Source of the DNA: Glycomyces sp. NPDC021274
Lineage (GTDB): Bacteria; Actinomycetota; Actinomycetes; Mycobacteriales; Micromonosporaceae
Assembly: GCF_040641195.1 (NCBI RefSeq)
Contig: NZ_JBFADC010000005.1
Location: 85,866 to 109,865, forward strand
Reading direction: 5' to 3'
Length of the DNA stretch: 24,000 nt
In this document: one piece after another, positions 22,902 to 24,000 of the stretch
How the letters are laid out: the number at the start of each line of letters is the position of its first letter
Position numbering within the stretch: position 1 is the first letter of the stretch
Translations under genes and position numbers: made by a program
The notes under the pieces: model-generated
Told to the model about the DNA's origin: nothing
Seen by the model: the letters and a program-made list of their open reading frames with translations, nothing else
Database searches by the model: none

Positions 22902-23240
22902 ATGCCAACGCGCGCTTTCGATCCGGCCGCACTCGAGCGCTACCGGCAGTTCCTCGCCGGACTCCTCGAAGAACTCGAGAACGAGATCATCCCGTCCCTC
23001 AGCGACGGCGACCTGAAGAAGGCCCCCGCCTTCGGCACCGCCCCCGGCGCGGCCGAGAACGCCGCCATCGAGTACGCCGACTTCCACGCCACCACCTGGC
23101 GAAACCTCCAGTACCTCCGCGGCACCCTCCACGGCCTCATCAACGGCCTCCAAACCGCCATCGACACCGGCGGCACCGTCGACCAGCAGGTCGCCACCGA
23201 CATCGCGAGCCTCACCGGGGGCGACGACCTCTACGCCTGA
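22902..23240 (+). CDS. small helical ESX-like protein (hypothetical)
   Basis: The product is 112 aa, with a GGAAAGGAA Shine-Dalgarno upstream. Its N-terminus MPTRAFDPAALERY resembles those of 15399 (MPTFQQCLDANPAQL) and 23780 (MPSFDIDPETFRQ). Confidence 0.7.
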   Translation: MPTRAFDPAALERYRQFLAGLLEELENEIIPSLSDGDLKKAPAFGTAPGAAENAAIEYADFHATTWRNLQYLRGTLHGLINGLQTAIDTGGTVDQQVATDIASLTGGDDLYA

Positions 23241-23249
23241 TCCTGACGC

Positions 23250-23274
23250 GGCCCAACGCGCATCGCGTGGGGCC
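23250..23274 (+). terminator. GC-rich hairpin after the 22902-23240 gene
   Basis: The hairpin is GGCCCAACGCG-CAT-CGCGTGGGGCC (11-bp stem, one mismatch) and begins 10 nt after the stop. An AT-richer stretch follows (TTGAAC...TATATGATGAG) before the next gene. There is no U tract. Confidence 0.4.
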
Positions 23275-23375
23275 CGTGAGTGCTGCTGGGGCACAAGTGA
23301 TCGTTGAACCCGGACATTTGCCATGTCGGTATATGATGAGTGATCCTCAGATACCACAAGGCAACTGGAGATCAC

Positions 23376-23777
23376 ATGTTCGGAGAGGACGCGATTGCGC
23401 AGCAACTGGCGGACGCCCGCGCGACACTGAGCACGGCAGTCAGGTCTCCTGAGGACCACCAGATCGAACCAGTGATCGTGGAGGGCGTAGACGGCCTCCT
23501 CAAACTGACACTCGGCGTCGAAGGCCGCGTGGACAAGTTCGAGTTCGATCCCCGCATCATGCGCATCGGCTCCGAAGTCCTCTTCGACGAGATCAAGCGA
23601 ATGGTCAACGCCGCCTTGGACGAACGCGCCGAGGCTCTGGGCACCGACGAACCCGCCCCCGACCTTGAAGCGATCAACGAGTCGGTGGCCGAGATCCAGG
23701 ACCGGTCGCTGCGCCAGTTCCAGGCCATGAGCGCCTCGATCAGCGAGGTCATGAACAAGCTCCATGGAGGCAGGTAG
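23376..23777 (+). CDS. YbaB/EbfC family protein
   Basis: ATG 23376 with GGAG 6 nt upstream is preferred over GTG 23340, giving 133 aa. The core reads VIVEGVDGLLKLTLGVEGRVDKFEFDPRIMRIGSEVLFDEIKRMVNAALDE. Confidence 0.8.
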   Translation: MFGEDAIAQQLADARATLSTAVRSPEDHQIEPVIVEGVDGLLKLTLGVEGRVDKFEFDPRIMRIGSEVLFDEIKRMVNAALDERAEALGTDEPAPDLEAINESVAEIQDRSLRQFQAMSASISEVMNKLHGGR

Positions 23778-23779
23778 CC

Positions 23780-24000
23780 ATGCCGAGCTTCGACATCGAC
23801 CCCGAGACTTTCCGGCAGGCCGCCGACCAACTTGACGCCGCCAAGGACGAAGTCCAGGGTCTCCTCGACCAGTTCACCGGAGCCTTGGAACAGTTCGCCG
23901 ACGCCTTCGGCGGCGACGAGATCGGCATGCTCGTCGGCATCGCCCACCAGGCTTGCACTGACGCCCTGACCGAGTGCTTCTCGACCAATATCGAAGAGCT
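23780..24000 (+). CDS. small helical ESX/WXG-like protein (3' end cut by window edge)
   Basis: ATG 23780 lies 8 nt after GGAGG. The sequence MPSFDIDPETFRQAADQLDAAKDEVQGLLDQFTGALEQFADAFGGDEIG shows a helix-turn-helix with FGG at the turn. The frame is open to the window end. Confidence 0.7.
   Translation, partial: MPSFDIDPETFRQAADQLDAAKDEVQGLLDQFTGALEQFADAFGGDEIGMLVGIAHQACTDALTECFSTNIEE

Noticed and set aside
21213-23765. 850-aa minus-strand ORF.
   Set aside because: It is an antisense shadow spanning three to four well-supported plus-strand genes. Its composition is dominated by Gly, Arg, Ala and Val, and it has no recognisable domains.
1-24000. Calling the locus an ESX/type VII secretion system because of the WXG-like genes.
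   Set aside because: The window contains no EccC/EssC-type FtsK-like ATPase, EccB/D/E-like membrane protein or mycosin. Only putative substrates and accessory-type genes are present.

Overview
This is high-GC DNA, judged by eye at roughly 70% with very high GC3, and it looks actinobacterial and Streptomyces-like. It is densely coding, with about 31 CDS. I saw no rRNA, tRNA, CRISPR array, transposase, integrase or relaxase. The window falls into three blocks. (i) 1-1918 (+) is the tail of a module of WXG100-like and YbaB-like genes. (ii) 1915-12532 (-) carries three units: an ECF sigma factor with a co-translated membrane partner; a metzincin protease with a secreted protein; and a translationally coupled six-gene type IV secretion-like operon. 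That operon encodes a small 2-TM protein, a VirB3-like protein, a 1065-aa VirB4-like ATPase, a VirB6/TrbL-like polytopic protein, a bitopic protein, and a lytic-transglycosylase-like plus M23 cell-wall hydrolase. No coupling protein, relaxase or FtsK/TraB translocase is present in the window. (iii) 12919-24000 is a toxin/effector island. On the minus strand it has a TNT-type NAD+ glycohydrolase toxin, a small immunity gene and a frameshifted orphan immunity gene. On the plus strand it has a long operon of ESX-like helical proteins, atypically long WXG100-like proteins with hydrophobic tails, a CxE/PCxxC deaminase toxin with its immunity gene, and several YbaB/EbfC-like proteins. No T7SS core genes (EccC-type ATPase and partners) are present. 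The main leads are as follows. First, the T4SS-like core sits among WXG/YbaB modules and toxin-immunity pairs, which suggests an undescribed toxin-export system. Second, the two unrelated small toxins share a 17-aa N-terminal leader. Third, the ATPase gene contains an array of exact TTATCCACA (DnaA-box consensus) 9-mers held in place by rare codons. Fourth, there is a decayed paralogue of the deaminase immunity gene. All family calls come from motif recognition by eye and need HMM or structure confirmation.
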